A stretch of 64,000 nucleotides of DNA from the NCBI GenBank assembly GCA_052143095.1, contig JBKQTR010000165.1, positions 8,852 through 72,851 of the forward strand, read 5' to 3'. How positions within the stretch are numbered: position 1 is the stretch's first letter; each line of letters begins with the position of its first letter. This DNA is from Stellaceae bacterium. Lineage in GTDB: Bacteria; Pseudomonadota; Alphaproteobacteria; ATCC43930; CGMCC-115725. A program made the translations under genes and the position numbers. The notes under the pieces are model-generated. The model saw nothing but the letters and a program-made list of their open reading frames with translations, made no database searches and was not told the DNA's origin. Below, one piece after another: positions 8,737 through 18,938 of the stretch.

Positions 8737-10353
8737 TCACCCCACCGGCAGGCGCACCGTGAAGCGGGCGCCGATGATGCTGCCGTCGGCGCCGCGCCGG
8801 TTCTCGGCGCGGATCGTCCCGCGATGCGCCTCGACGATCTGCTTGGAGATCGAGAGCCCGAGGCCGGAATGCGTGCCGAACTTCTCGCCGGCTGGGCGCT
8901 CGCTGTAGAAGCGCTCGAAGATCGCCTCGAGCTTGCCCTCGGGAATGCCGGGGCCTTCATCCTCGATGATGATGACCACCCACTCGCCCTGGCGCAGCGC
9001 GGCGATGTGCAGCGCGGCACCGGGCGGGCTGAAGGAGAGGGCGTTGGCGATGAGGTTGCGGAACACCTGCACCAGCCGCCCCTCGATGCCGAGCACGGCG
9101 AGATCGCCCGCCGCGGTGCCCGCCGGTCCCGGCAGCGACAGCAGCAGGCGCGGCGCGCGCTCGTCCGCCGCCGCCTGATAGACGTCGACCAGGGTCTCGA
9201 GCATGCGGCCGATCAGCACCGGCTCGAGCTCGACGCGGGAGAGCTCGGCGTCGAGCCGCGAGGCGTCGGAAATGTCGGTGATCAGCCGGTCGAGGCGCTG
9301 CACGTCCTCGAGCACGACCGCCAGCAGCCGGCGCTGCTTCTGCGGATCGTCGACGCGCGCCGCGGTCTCGACCGCGCTCCGGAGCGAGGTCAGCGGGTTC
9401 TTGATCTCATGCGCGACATCGGCGGCGAAATGCTCGATCGCATCCATGCGCGCCCAGAGCGCGCCGGTCATCTCGCGGAAGGCGGCGGAGAGATCGCCGA
9501 TCTCGTCGCCGCGCTTGGTGAAGTCGGGGATCAGCATCTGGCGGCCATGGCCGCGGCGGACGCGCTCGGCGGCGGCGGCGAGCCGCCGGATCGGCCGGCC
9601 GATGGTGCCGGCGAGATAGATCGACAGCAGCACGGTGACGCCGAGGGCGATGAGGAAGACCTTGAGGATCTCGAAGCGCACGCCGCGCACCGCCTGGTCG
9701 ATCTCGGCGCTGTCGGAGGAGAGCAGCACCGCGCCCAGCACCTGCCGGTAGCGCTGCACCGGCACGGCGACGCTGAGCATCAGCAGGCTGCCGCCCTCGC
9801 GCTCGCTGCGCACCGCCGAGGCGATGTCGCCGGCCAGCGCCTTCTGCACCTCCTGGTAGTCGGCGGCGTTCTGCGCCGCGGCTTCGCGATAGGCGGGGTA
9901 GCGGCGCTGGCCGGGCAGCCGCGCCACCACCCAGTCGTAAAGCGCGGTGGCGACGCGCGCCACCGCGCCGCTATCGTCCGGCGGCGGCAGCTCCTTGATC
10001 TGCACCATGCCGCCGGGGCCGATCAGCACGCGGCTGTCGGCGATGAGCTTGCCGTCGGCGCCGAAGAGCCGCGCGCGCGTGTGCGTCGGCTCGACGAGGC
10101 GCTGCATCATCTGGCGCCCGAGTGCCGGCAGCAGCTGCTCGCCCTCGCCCAGGCTGTCGATCACCGCACCCTCGCCCAGCGCCGCGGCGAAGACCTGGCC
10201 TTGGGTCTTAAGCGCGTCGAGCTGTGCGTCGACCAGGCTCTGCTGATATTCGCCGAGATAGAGCAGGCCGAGGCCGAGCAGGCCCAGCGCCAGCACGTTG
10301 ACGGCAAGGATGCGGCGGGTGAGCGGCGAGAGGCGCCGGCGCCGCCGCGCCAT
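8737..10353 (-). CDS. chvG: sensor histidine kinase ChvG/ExoS/BvrS
   Basis: ORF 8737..10530; start taken at MARRRRRLSPLTRRILAVNVLALG.. (10353) to avoid overlap with chvI. HAMP region, H-box FAADVAHEIKNPLTSLRSAVET, ATPase ..GLGLSISKQIVEAHRG... Confidence 0.9.
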   Translation of the reverse strand: MARRRRRLSPLTRRILAVNVLALGLLGLGLLYLGEYQQSLVDAQLDALKTQGQVFAAALGEGAVIDSLGEGEQLLPALGRQMMQRLVEPTHTRARLFGADGKLIADSRVLIGPGGMVQIKELPPPDDSGAVARVATALYDWVVARLPGQRRYPAYREAAAQNAADYQEVQKALAGDIASAVRSEREGGSLLMLSVAVPVQRYRQVLGAVLLSSDSAEIDQAVRGVRFEILKVFLIALGVTVLLSIYLAGTIGRPIRRLAAAAERVRRGHGRQMLIPDFTKRGDEIGDLSAAFREMTGALWARMDAIEHFAADVAHEIKNPLTSLRSAVETAARVDDPQKQRRLLAVVLEDVQRLDRLITDISDASRLDAELSRVELEPVLIGRMLETLVDVYQAAADERAPRLLLSLPGPAGTAAGDLAVLGIEGRLVQVFRNLIANALSFSPPGAALHIAALRQGEWVVIIIEDEGPGIPEGKLEAIFERFYSERPAGEKFGTHSGLGLSISKQIVEAHRGTIRAENRRGADGSIIGARFTVRLPVG

Positions 10354-10390
10354 CGTCGCCGGCGCCGCCGCGGCGGCGCGCTCGGCAGGC

Positions 10391-11083
10391 TCAGCGGTCG
10401 CGGTAGCGATAACCGACGCCATAGAGGGTTTCGATCTGGGCGAAGCTGCCATCGACCGCCTTGAACTTCTTGCGCAGGCGCTTGATGTGGCTGTCGATGG
10501 TGCGGTCATCGACATAGATGTGCTCGCCATAGGCGCCGTCCATGAGCTGATCGCGGCTCTTGACGTGGCCGGGACGCAGCGCCAGCGATTTCAGGATCAG
10601 GAACTCGGTCACCGTCAGATCGACATTGGTGCCTTTCCAGCTGCACTGATGGCGCGCGGGATCGAGCAGCAGCTCGGCGCGCTGGATCACCGGCTCGCTC
10701 TCGCCGCTGCCGCGCGCCAGCTCGCCGCGGCGCAGCAGCGCGCGGATGCGCTCGACCAGCAGGCGCTGCGAGAACGGCTTCTTGATGTAGTCGTCGGCGC
10801 CCATGCGCAGGCCCAACACCTCGTCGACCTCGTCGTCCTTGGAGGTGAGGAAGATCACCGGCATGGCGCCCTGCTTCCTGAGCTGGCCGAGCAGCTCCAT
10901 GCCGTCCATGCGCGGCATCTTGATGTCGAGGATGGCGAGGTCGGCGGGATGCTGGGCGAGCCCGCGCAGCGCCTCGGCGCCGTCGGAGTAGGTGCGCACC
11001 TGGAAACCCTCGGCCTCGAGCGCGATCGCCACTGAGGTCAGGATGTTCTTGTCGTCGTCGACAAGCGCGATGTTGTTTGCCAC
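10391..11083 (-). CDS. chvI: OmpR-family response regulator ChvI
   Basis: 230 aa; [35 protein letters not shown].., ..[15 protein letters not shown].., winged-helix C-terminus ..[11 protein letters not shown]... Confidence 0.93.
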   Translation of the reverse strand: MANNIALVDDDKNILTSVAIALEAEGFQVRTYSDGAEALRGLAQHPADLAILDIKMPRMDGMELLGQLRKQGAMPVIFLTSKDDEVDEVLGLRMGADDYIKKPFSQRLLVERIRALLRRGELARGSGESEPVIQRAELLLDPARHQCSWKGTNVDLTVTEFLILKSLALRPGHVKSRDQLMDGAYGEHIYVDDRTIDSHIKRLRKKFKAVDGSFAQIETLYGVGYRYRDR

Positions 11084-11195
11084 GGCAGCTCACCTTTCCC
11101 GCAAGTTCAGCACAGCGACGCTCGCCTCTCGGTGTGGCGGCTTTAAGGCAACGCGGTGAAAAGCTGTGGCTTGGCCCTGTATAGGCATCAAAGCC

Positions 11196-11972
11196 TCAGC
11201 TTTCCAGGAAATAGCGCGTCGGCGCCCGGCCCAGCGCGCGGCGGAACATGCTGGTGAAGGCGCTGGGGCTCTGATAGCCCAAATCGAGCGCCACCGCGGT
11301 GACTTTCTGCCCGGTGGCGAGCCGGCCAAGCGCGTCGACCAGGCGCACCTGCTGACGCCAGGCGCCGAAGCTCATGCCGGTCTCCTTGCGGAAGAGCCGC
11401 GCCAGCGTGCGGCTCGAGGCGCCGACGCCGCCGGCCCATTGCTCCAGCGTGCGCTCGCTGGCGGGATCGGCTTGGATCGCCGCGCAGAGCCGGCGCAGGC
11501 GCCCGTCTTCGGGCCAGGGGAGATGCAGCGGCAGCACCGGCAGCGCGCGGATCTCGTCGAGCACCAGCGCCATGACGCGGCCGTCCGGCCCCGCCTCATC
11601 ATAAAGCAGCGGCAGCTCGACCGCGCGCAGGATGAGCTCGCGCAGCAGCGGCGAGACGGCGATGACACAGCATTGCCGCGGCAGCGACGCCGCAACGTCG
11701 GCGCGGATATAAAGCGTGCGCATCGCCACATTGCCCCAGCTGCGGATCGAATGCTCGGTCTCCGCCGGCATCCAGACGGCGCGGTTCGGCGGCACCACCC
11801 AGGTGCCCTGGCGCGTCCATGCCACCATCACCCCCTGGGCGGCGAAGACCAGCTGCCCCCGGCGATGGCGGTGCGGCGCGACGCGGTTGCCGTCGGGGAA
11901 GTCCTTGGCCATGGCGGCGATCGGCCGCGGCACGTCCTGGTAGTCCTCGGGGTCGGTGCTGCGCAAGGTCAT
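11196..11972 (-). CDS. AraC-family transcriptional regulator with N-terminal cupin
   Basis: 258 aa; cupin ..VAPHRHRRGQLVFAAQG..; HTH ..ASSRTLARLFRKETGMSFGAWRQQVRL.. and ..DLGYQSPSAFTSMFRRALG... Confidence 0.88.
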   Translation of the reverse strand: MTLRSTDPEDYQDVPRPIAAMAKDFPDGNRVAPHRHRRGQLVFAAQGVMVAWTRQGTWVVPPNRAVWMPAETEHSIRSWGNVAMRTLYIRADVAASLPRQCCVIAVSPLLRELILRAVELPLLYDEAGPDGRVMALVLDEIRALPVLPLHLPWPEDGRLRRLCAAIQADPASERTLEQWAGGVGASSRTLARLFRKETGMSFGAWRQQVRLVDALGRLATGQKVTAVALDLGYQSPSAFTSMFRRALGRAPTRYFLES

Positions 11973-12083
11973 AGGGGGGGTGTCCGATTCTCGATAGATA
12001 ATGGCAGACTAGCGCGAGCGGGCTAAAATCGCCAGGATTATGCTTCGGATCCTACCTTCGTATCCGCCGCCGGAGCCGGAGCC

Positions 12084-13277
12084 ATGGAGAAGTCCCGCCT
12101 GATCGTCGCCTTCCTCAATCTCGGCCATTTCCTCGACCATCTGGCGATGCTGATCTATGCCACCGCGGTGCTGGTGATGACAGCGCAGTTCGGCCTCAGC
12201 TACGAGGCGATGCTGCCGCTGTCGCTGGGCGGCTTCATCGCCTTCGGCGGCGGCTCGCTGCCGGCCGGCTGGCTCGGCGACCACTGGGGAAGGCGCAACA
12301 TGATGATCGTCTTCTTCCTCGGGCTGGGCGCGGCGCTGGTGTTGACCGGCTTCGCCGCGACGCGCTGGCAGATCGTCGCCGGGCTGACGCTGATTGGCAT
12401 CTTCGCCTCGATCTACCACCCGGTCGGCATCGCCATGCTGGTCAGGGATCAGGCGCGGGTCGGGCGGACGCTCGGCTGGAACGGCGTCTGGGGCAATCTC
12501 GGCCTCGCCTGCGCCGCCTTCATCGCCGGCTGGTTCGCCGATCATGTGAGCTGGCGCGCTGCCTTCTTCGTGCCGGGCGCCGTCACCGTCGCCGCCGGCA
12601 TCGCCTTCGCGCTGCTGGTGCCGCGCACGGCGGCCACCGCCGCGCAGCCGCGCCGCGGCGGGCCGCGGCATGTGCCGGACGCGCTGGCGCGCCGCGTCTT
12701 CGCGCTGCTTGCGGTGGCGACGGCGTGCAGCGGCGTGATCTTCGCCGCCGTCACCAACGCGCTGCCGAAGATCTTCGACGAGCGGCTGACCGCGCTGGTG
12801 CACACCACCACCGGCATCGGCACGCTGATCTCGGCGGTCTATATCGTCGCCGCCATGGCGCAGCTCGTGGTCGGCCAGCTCATCGACCGCCACTCGCTGC
12901 GCATCGTGTTCCTGACGCTGGCCTTGCTGCAGGCGCCGCTGCTGGCGCTGGCCGGGGTACTGACGGATTGGTCGATGCTGCTGGTGGCGGTGGCGATGAT
13001 GTTCGTGATCTTCGGCATCATCCCGATCAACGACGCGATGGTGGCGCGCTATGCGCATGAGAGCTGGCGCTCGCGGGTCTATGCGCTGCGCTATGTCGTC
13101 TCCTTCGGCGCGAGCCTGCCGGCGATCCCGCTGGTCGCCTATCTGCAGCCCAAGACCGGCGGCTTCGTGCCGCTGTTCGGCGTGCTCGCCGCCATCGCGC
13201 TGGGCACGCTGGCAACCGCGCTGCTGTTCCCCGGCGGCGAGCGCAGCGCCGCCCCGGCCCGGGCGGCGGCGGAATAG
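12084..13277 (+). CDS. MFS transporter
   Basis: 397 aa, about 12 hydrophobic segments, ..GWLGDHWGRRNMM.. loop motif. Divergent from the AraC gene. Confidence 0.85.
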   Translation: MEKSRLIVAFLNLGHFLDHLAMLIYATAVLVMTAQFGLSYEAMLPLSLGGFIAFGGGSLPAGWLGDHWGRRNMMIVFFLGLGAALVLTGFAATRWQIVAGLTLIGIFASIYHPVGIAMLVRDQARVGRTLGWNGVWGNLGLACAAFIAGWFADHVSWRAAFFVPGAVTVAAGIAFALLVPRTAATAAQPRRGGPRHVPDALARRVFALLAVATACSGVIFAAVTNALPKIFDERLTALVHTTTGIGTLISAVYIVAAMAQLVVGQLIDRHSLRIVFLTLALLQAPLLALAGVLTDWSMLLVAVAMMFVIFGIIPINDAMVARYAHESWRSRVYALRYVVSFGASLPAIPLVAYLQPKTGGFVPLFGVLAAIALGTLATALLFPGGERSAAPARAAAE

Positions 13278-13319
13278 GCCGCCCGCTTGAGCGTGTTCCG
13301 AGCAGCTGGAATCGCCGAT

Positions 13320-13550
13320 TACAGCGGTCCTCGTGCAAGCGCTAGAGAATGTACAAATCTCACGGCAGCGCACCCTCAGCGATCGCCTTGCCCGCGAAAG
13401 CGGGCATCCAGGGGCCTCAAATGCAATCAGCGGAGCGCTTCCCCTGGGTCTCCGCTTTCGCGCGCTTTCGCGGGGACGGCGGAATAACGAGCCGGACCTG
13501 CGGCGTTTTCTGGGATATGTACATACCGTAGCGCGCAAGCGGGGACCCAG
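13320..13550. mobile_element. MITE-like structured repeat, copy A
   Basis: Core 13349-13524 bounded by ATGTACA motifs. 25-mer CCGTAGCGCGCAAGCGGGGACCCAG at 13526-13550, with a degenerate inverted copy at about 13320-13345. Internal hairpins GCCCGC-GAAA-GCGGGC and CCAGGGG..CCCCTGG. It is the reverse complement of copy B. Confidence 0.7.
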
Positions 13551-13566
13551 GGCGAGCGAGCGGCCC

Positions 13567-13863
13567 ATGACAGAGAAAAATCCTTGCGTCTACATTCTGG
13601 CGAGCCGCCGCAACGGAACGCTTTATGTTGGCGTCACCAGCGACATCGCCCGCCGCGCCCGGGAGCATCGGACGGGTGCCATCGAAGGCTTCACCAAACG
13701 CTACAATGTCCACCTTTTGGTCTTCATCGAGTTCCACGAGTCGATGGCCGAGGCGATGCTCCGCGAGAAGCGCATCAAGAAATGGCGACGCGCGTGGAAG
13801 CTCGCACTAATCGAGCGGGATAACCCGCAATGGCGAGACCTTCACGACGACCTCCTGTTGTAG
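13567..13863 (+). CDS. GIY-YIG (URI-domain) nuclease family protein
   Basis: In-frame ATG within ORF 13333..13863: MTEKNPCVYILASRRNGTLYVGVTSDIARRAREHRTGAIEGFTKRYNVHLLVFIEF..REKRIKKWRRAWKLALIE... 98 aa. The upstream part of the track ORF is a read-through of repeat A. Confidence 0.88.
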   Translation: MTEKNPCVYILASRRNGTLYVGVTSDIARRAREHRTGAIEGFTKRYNVHLLVFIEFHESMAEAMLREKRIKKWRRAWKLALIERDNPQWRDLHDDLLL

Positions 13864-13870
13864 CGCCATC

Positions 13871-14181
13871 CTGGCTCCCCGCTTGCGCGCTACGGAATGT
13901 ACATATCCCGGAAAACGCCGCAGGTCGGGCTAGGCCGTGTACTCAAATTCATATTTTCGCTCGTGACCCCAAGCGGATACGCTCACAAGTGGCGATGACG
14001 TCTGCTGGACGGATACGAGAATCCCGTCCCCGCGAAAGCGCGCGAAAGCGCGGACCCAGGGGAAGCGATCCGCTGATTGCATTTGAGGTCCCTGGATGCC
14101 CGCTTTCGCGGGCAAGGCGATCGTTGCGGGCGGCGCTGCCGTGAGATTTGTGCGCTCCGTAGCGCGCAAGCGGGGACCCAG
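13871..14181. mobile_element. MITE-like structured repeat, copy B (inverted, with ~90-nt insert)
   Basis: 13871-13895 is the rc of the 25-mer (1 mismatch). 13897-14155 is the rc of 13349-13524 plus extra AT-richer sequence at about 13931-14023. The 25-mer occurs again in forward orientation at 14157-14181. Confidence 0.7.
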
Positions 14182-14301
14182 CGCAAGCGACGCGCGTTTG
14201 CCCCTGGGCCCCGGCCTTCGCCGGGGCGGCGGAGATGTTTCGACCTCTTCGGAATCCGGGCTAGCGCCGCCCGGGCGCAGAATCGGTGCTAGACTGGCGC
14301 C

Positions 14302-15006
14302 ATGACCGACGCCCCCGCCGCCACCGCGCGAAGGCTGTTGCGCGCCGCCGACCGCGGCAGCCTGGCGACGGCGCAGCAAGGCTGGCCCTATGCCTCGCTG
14401 ACGCTGGTGGCGCTGGCAGCGGACGCGAGCCCGCTGCTGCTGCTCTCCGACCTTGCCGAGCACACCAAGAACCTGCGGCGCGATCCCCGCGCCTCGCTGC
14501 TGATCGACGGCACCGCCGGGCGCGACGACCCGCTCACGGGCCCGCGGGTCACGGTCATGGGCGAGGTCGCGGAAGCGGCCGATCCGCTGCTGCTGGCGCG
14601 CTTCACCAGGCGCCACCCCTCGGCCGAGCGCTATGCCGGCTTTGCCGATTTCCGCCTCTACCGGCTGCAGGTGGCGCGGGCGCATCTCGTCGCCGGCTTC
14701 GGGCGGATCGACTGGATCGAGGCCGCGTCGCTGCTCTCGCCCCCCGCCCCGGCGCTCGCCGCGGCGGAGGCGGACATCCTGGCGCATATGAACGCCGACC
14801 ATGCCGGGACCATCGATCTCTATGCCGAGCGCCTGCTGGGGCTCGCCGGCGCGGGCTGGCGGCTTACCGGGGTCGATCCCGAGGGCGCCGACCTCCGCCG
14901 CGGCGGTTGCATAGGAAGGCTTGACTTCCGCGCGCCGGTAGGCGATGCGGAAGGGGCGCGGGTCGAGCTCGTCCAATTCGCCAAAACGGCGAGGGGGATG
15001 GGTTAA
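14302..15006 (+). CDS. HugZ-like / pyridoxamine-5-phosphate-oxidase-fold protein with DUF2470-type C-terminus
   Basis: 234 aa; ..GSLATAQQGWPYASLTLVA..LLLLSDLAEHTKNLRRDPRASLL.. and ..ILAHMNADHAGTIDLYA... Confidence 0.75.
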   Translation: MTDAPAATARRLLRAADRGSLATAQQGWPYASLTLVALAADASPLLLLSDLAEHTKNLRRDPRASLLIDGTAGRDDPLTGPRVTVMGEVAEAADPLLLARFTRRHPSAERYAGFADFRLYRLQVARAHLVAGFGRIDWIEAASLLSPPAPALAAAEADILAHMNADHAGTIDLYAERLLGLAGAGWRLTGVDPEGADLRRGGCIGRLDFRAPVGDAEGARVELVQFAKTARGMG

Positions 15007-15089
15007 CGGCGCCTACCGCCGCGGGAACGAACCGGGGTTGGTCGGTGTTCAGTTGCGGACTGGCCGCCCGGCCCGAGGGGATCCCCCGG

Positions 15090-15121
15090 GGCGCCGCTTC
15101 TCGGCGCCTCAGCTTGTTATC
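15090..15121 (+). terminator. candidate intrinsic terminator after the HugZ-like gene
   Basis: GGCGCCG-CTTCT-CGGCGCC (15090-15108) followed by the moderately T-rich TCAGCTTGTTATC. Confidence 0.3.
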
Positions 15122-15167
15122 AAGCCCTTGAAAGGGCGCAGTAAAATGTGAGCAGGAGGTCAAGGCC

Positions 15168-16790
<1,623 letters not shown>

Positions 16791-16801
16791 CGTAGAAGTC
16801 G

Positions 16802-16865
16802 TCAGCGGTCAGTTATCAGTTGTCAGTCGGCCGCACCGGGCTGATAACTGATCACTGACAACTGA
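16802..16865. repeat. heptad-periodic TCAG/CTGA palindromic array
   Basis: TCAG at 16802, 16809, 16816 and 16823 (7-nt period), then a 14-nt GC spacer, then CTGA at 16841, 16848, 16855 and 16862. Located between the pckA stop and the next start codon. Confidence 0.6.
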
Positions 16866-16877
16866 GGGCTTCCGTCC

Positions 16878-17834
16878 ATGATCTCGCATCGCTTCATCGA
16901 GACCAACGGCGTCCGGCTGCATGTCGCGGAGGCAGGCGCGGGGCCTGCGGTGCTGCTGTGCCATGGCTGGCCCGAGACCTGGTATTCCTGGCGCCACCAG
17001 ATCCCAGCGCTCGCCGCGGCGGGCTTCCGCGTGCTGGCGCCGGACATGCGCGGCTACGGCAGCAGCGGCCGGCCCGAGCCGATCGAGGCCTATACCCAGC
17101 TCCACATCGTCGGCGACATGGTCGGGCTGCTCGATGCGCTCGAGCTTAGGGACGCGGTGATCATCGGTCATGATTGGGGCGCGCCCGCGGCCTGGCATTC
17201 GGCGCTGATGCGGCCCGACCGCTTCCGCGCCGTGGCGGGGTTGAGCGTGCCTTATCGGCCGCGCGGCAAGATCAGCGCCATCGACGCGTTCAAGCTCGCC
17301 GGCATGGAAACCATCTACATGATGTATTTCCAGCAGCCGGGGATCGCCGAGGCGGAGTTCGAGCGCGACGTGACGCGGGCGCTGCGCCAAGTCTATTACT
17401 CCGCCTCGGGCAGCCTGCCGCCGGGCAAGGCGTGGCGCCCCTTTGTGCCGCCGGGCAAGGGCCTGCTCGACACCACGCTCGACACCGAGATGCCGCTGCC
17501 CTGGCTGAGCGCGGACGATCTGGCGGAATACGCCAAGGCGTTCAGCGCCAGCGGCTTTCGCGGCGGCTTCAACTGGTACCGCAACCTGCATCGCAATTGG
17601 GAGCTGATGGCGCCCTTTGCCGGCGCGCCGATCGCGCAGCCCTCGCTGTTCATCGCCGGCACGCGCGACGGCGTCATCCGCATGCCCGGCATGCGCGTCG
17701 GCTTCGACGAGATGAAGCCGGTGCTGCCGGGGCTGAAGCGCAGCGTGCTCATCGACGGCGCCGGCCATTGGGTGCAGCAGGAAGCGCCGGAAAAGGTAAA
17801 CGCGCTGTTGATCGAGTTTCTGAAGGAGCTTTAG
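16878..17834 (+). CDS. alpha/beta hydrolase, epoxide-hydrolase-like
   Basis: 318 aa; ..VLLCHGWPETWYSWRHQIPALAAAGFRVLAPDMRGYG.., nucleophile elbow ..IIGHDWGA.., ..GHWVQQE... Confidence 0.85.
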   Translation: MISHRFIETNGVRLHVAEAGAGPAVLLCHGWPETWYSWRHQIPALAAAGFRVLAPDMRGYGSSGRPEPIEAYTQLHIVGDMVGLLDALELRDAVIIGHDWGAPAAWHSALMRPDRFRAVAGLSVPYRPRGKISAIDAFKLAGMETIYMMYFQQPGIAEAEFERDVTRALRQVYYSASGSLPPGKAWRPFVPPGKGLLDTTLDTEMPLPWLSADDLAEYAKAFSASGFRGGFNWYRNLHRNWELMAPFAGAPIAQPSLFIAGTRDGVIRMPGMRVGFDEMKPVLPGLKRSVLIDGAGHWVQQEAPEKVNALLIEFLKEL

Positions 17835-17842
17835 GAGCAGCC

Positions 17843-18856
17843 ATGGCGGCCAGGCTCAATCGGCAGGTGCTGTTGCGCGCGCGCCCGGCGGGGATTCCGC
17901 AGGCCGAGCATTTCGAGATCGTGGCGACGCCGCTGCCGGAGCCCGGCGCGGGGCAGTTCGTGGTGAAGAACCGCTACCTCTCGGTCGATCCCGCGATGCG
18001 CGGCTGGGTCAACGCCGTCGCCAATTATTCGAAGCCGGTCGGCATCGGCGAGGTCATGCGCGCGCGCGATGTCGGTGAGATCGTCGCCTCGCGCCATCCC
18101 GACTACCGCGTCGGCGAGCAGGTGGTGGGCTGGCTCGGCTGGCAGGAATATGCGCTGTCCGACGGCACCGGCATCATCCGCCGGGTCGAGGAGAAGGACA
18201 TTCCGCTGTCGGCGGCGCTGGGCGTGCTCGGCATGAACGGCGTCACCGCCTATTTCGGCCTGCTCGAGGTAGGTGAGCCCAAGCCGCGCGAGACCGTGGT
18301 GGTGTCGACCGCGGCGGGCGCGGTGGGCTCGGCGGTGGGGCAGATCGCCAAGCTTAAAGGCTGCCGCGCCGTCGGCATCGCCGGCGGGCCCGAGAAGGTG
18401 CGGCTCTGCCGCGAGGAATTCGGCTATGACGCCGCCATCGACTACAAGGCCGCAGCGGATCTCGACGCGGCGCTGGCCGAGGCGTGCCCGTCCGGCATCG
18501 ACGTCTATTTCGACAACACCTCGGGCCGCATCAGCGACGCGGTGCTGCGCCGGATCAACAAGCGCGCGCGCATCGTCATCTGCGGCACGGCGTCGCTGTC
18601 GAACTGGGAGCCCTGGCCCGAGGGCCCGCGGGTCGAGCGCCATCTCCTGGTCAAGAGCGCGCGGATGGAAGGCTTCCTCGTCTTCGATTACGAGAGCCGC
18701 ACCCAGGAGGCGGTGACGCAGCTGGCGCAATGGGTGCGCGCCGGCAGCCTGCGCTATCGCGAGGACCTGCTCGACGGGCTCGACGCGGCGCCCGACGCCA
18801 TCGCCGGCCTCTATCGCGGCGAGAATCTGGGCAAGCGCCTCATCCGGCTGGCCTGA
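17843..18856 (+). CDS. NADP-dependent oxidoreductase, MDR family (YncB/CurA/PTGR-like)
   Basis: In-frame ATG of ORF 17174..18856: MAARLNRQVLLRARPAGIPQAEHFEI..VKNRYLSVDPAMRGW..; Rossmann VVSTAAGAVGSAVGQIAKLKG. 337 aa. Confidence 0.85.
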   Translation: MAARLNRQVLLRARPAGIPQAEHFEIVATPLPEPGAGQFVVKNRYLSVDPAMRGWVNAVANYSKPVGIGEVMRARDVGEIVASRHPDYRVGEQVVGWLGWQEYALSDGTGIIRRVEEKDIPLSAALGVLGMNGVTAYFGLLEVGEPKPRETVVVSTAAGAVGSAVGQIAKLKGCRAVGIAGGPEKVRLCREEFGYDAAIDYKAAADLDAALAEACPSGIDVYFDNTSGRISDAVLRRINKRARIVICGTASLSNWEPWPEGPRVERHLLVKSARMEGFLVFDYESRTQEAVTQLAQWVRAGSLRYREDLLDGLDAAPDAIAGLYRGENLGKRLIRLA

Positions 18857-18886
18857 TCCCATCCCATGAACCAGTGGACGGCGGCG

Positions 18887-18924
18887 GTCGTTCTTGCTAG
18901 CAATTGCGAGTCGTTCTTAATTTT
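18887..18924. promoter_or_regulatory. candidate metalloregulator operator upstream of the Nramp gene
   Basis: GTCGTTCTT direct repeat (18887-18895, 18910-18918) flanks overlapping palindromes TTGCTAGCAA (18894-18903) and GCAATTGC (18900-18907), 15-50 nt upstream of the GTG start. Confidence 0.3.
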
Positions 18925-18938
18925 GGGCCCCTTCCCCC

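Noticed and set aside
8824-10464. 546-aa plus-strand ORF opposite chvG, and 10298..11035 opposite chvI
   Set aside because: Antisense shadows of well-supported two-component genes.
12009-13568. 519-aa minus-strand ORF
   Set aside because: Arg/Gly/Asp-rich low-complexity translation. It is antisense to the MFS transporter and reads through the repeat element.
13320-14181. CRISPR array
   Set aside because: The repeats here are two long inverted copies, not short direct repeats with unique spacers. No cas genes are present. No other spaced direct-repeat array was seen in the window.
13930-14976. 348-aa minus-strand ORF, plus short ORFs 13349.., 13983.., 14077.. and 14096..
   Set aside because: Antisense to the HugZ-like gene or simple read-through of the palindromic repeat copies (peptides such as ..PAKAGIQGPQMQSA.. 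appear in both orientations).
17174-17842. 5-prime extensions of track ORFs 17174..18856, 56045..57379, 56989..58179, 58014..58982 and 58871..59593
   Set aside because: The upstream parts overlap the preceding gene in another frame and translate to Arg/Pro-rich nonsense. Internal ATG starts with overlaps or RBS give proteins of normal length.
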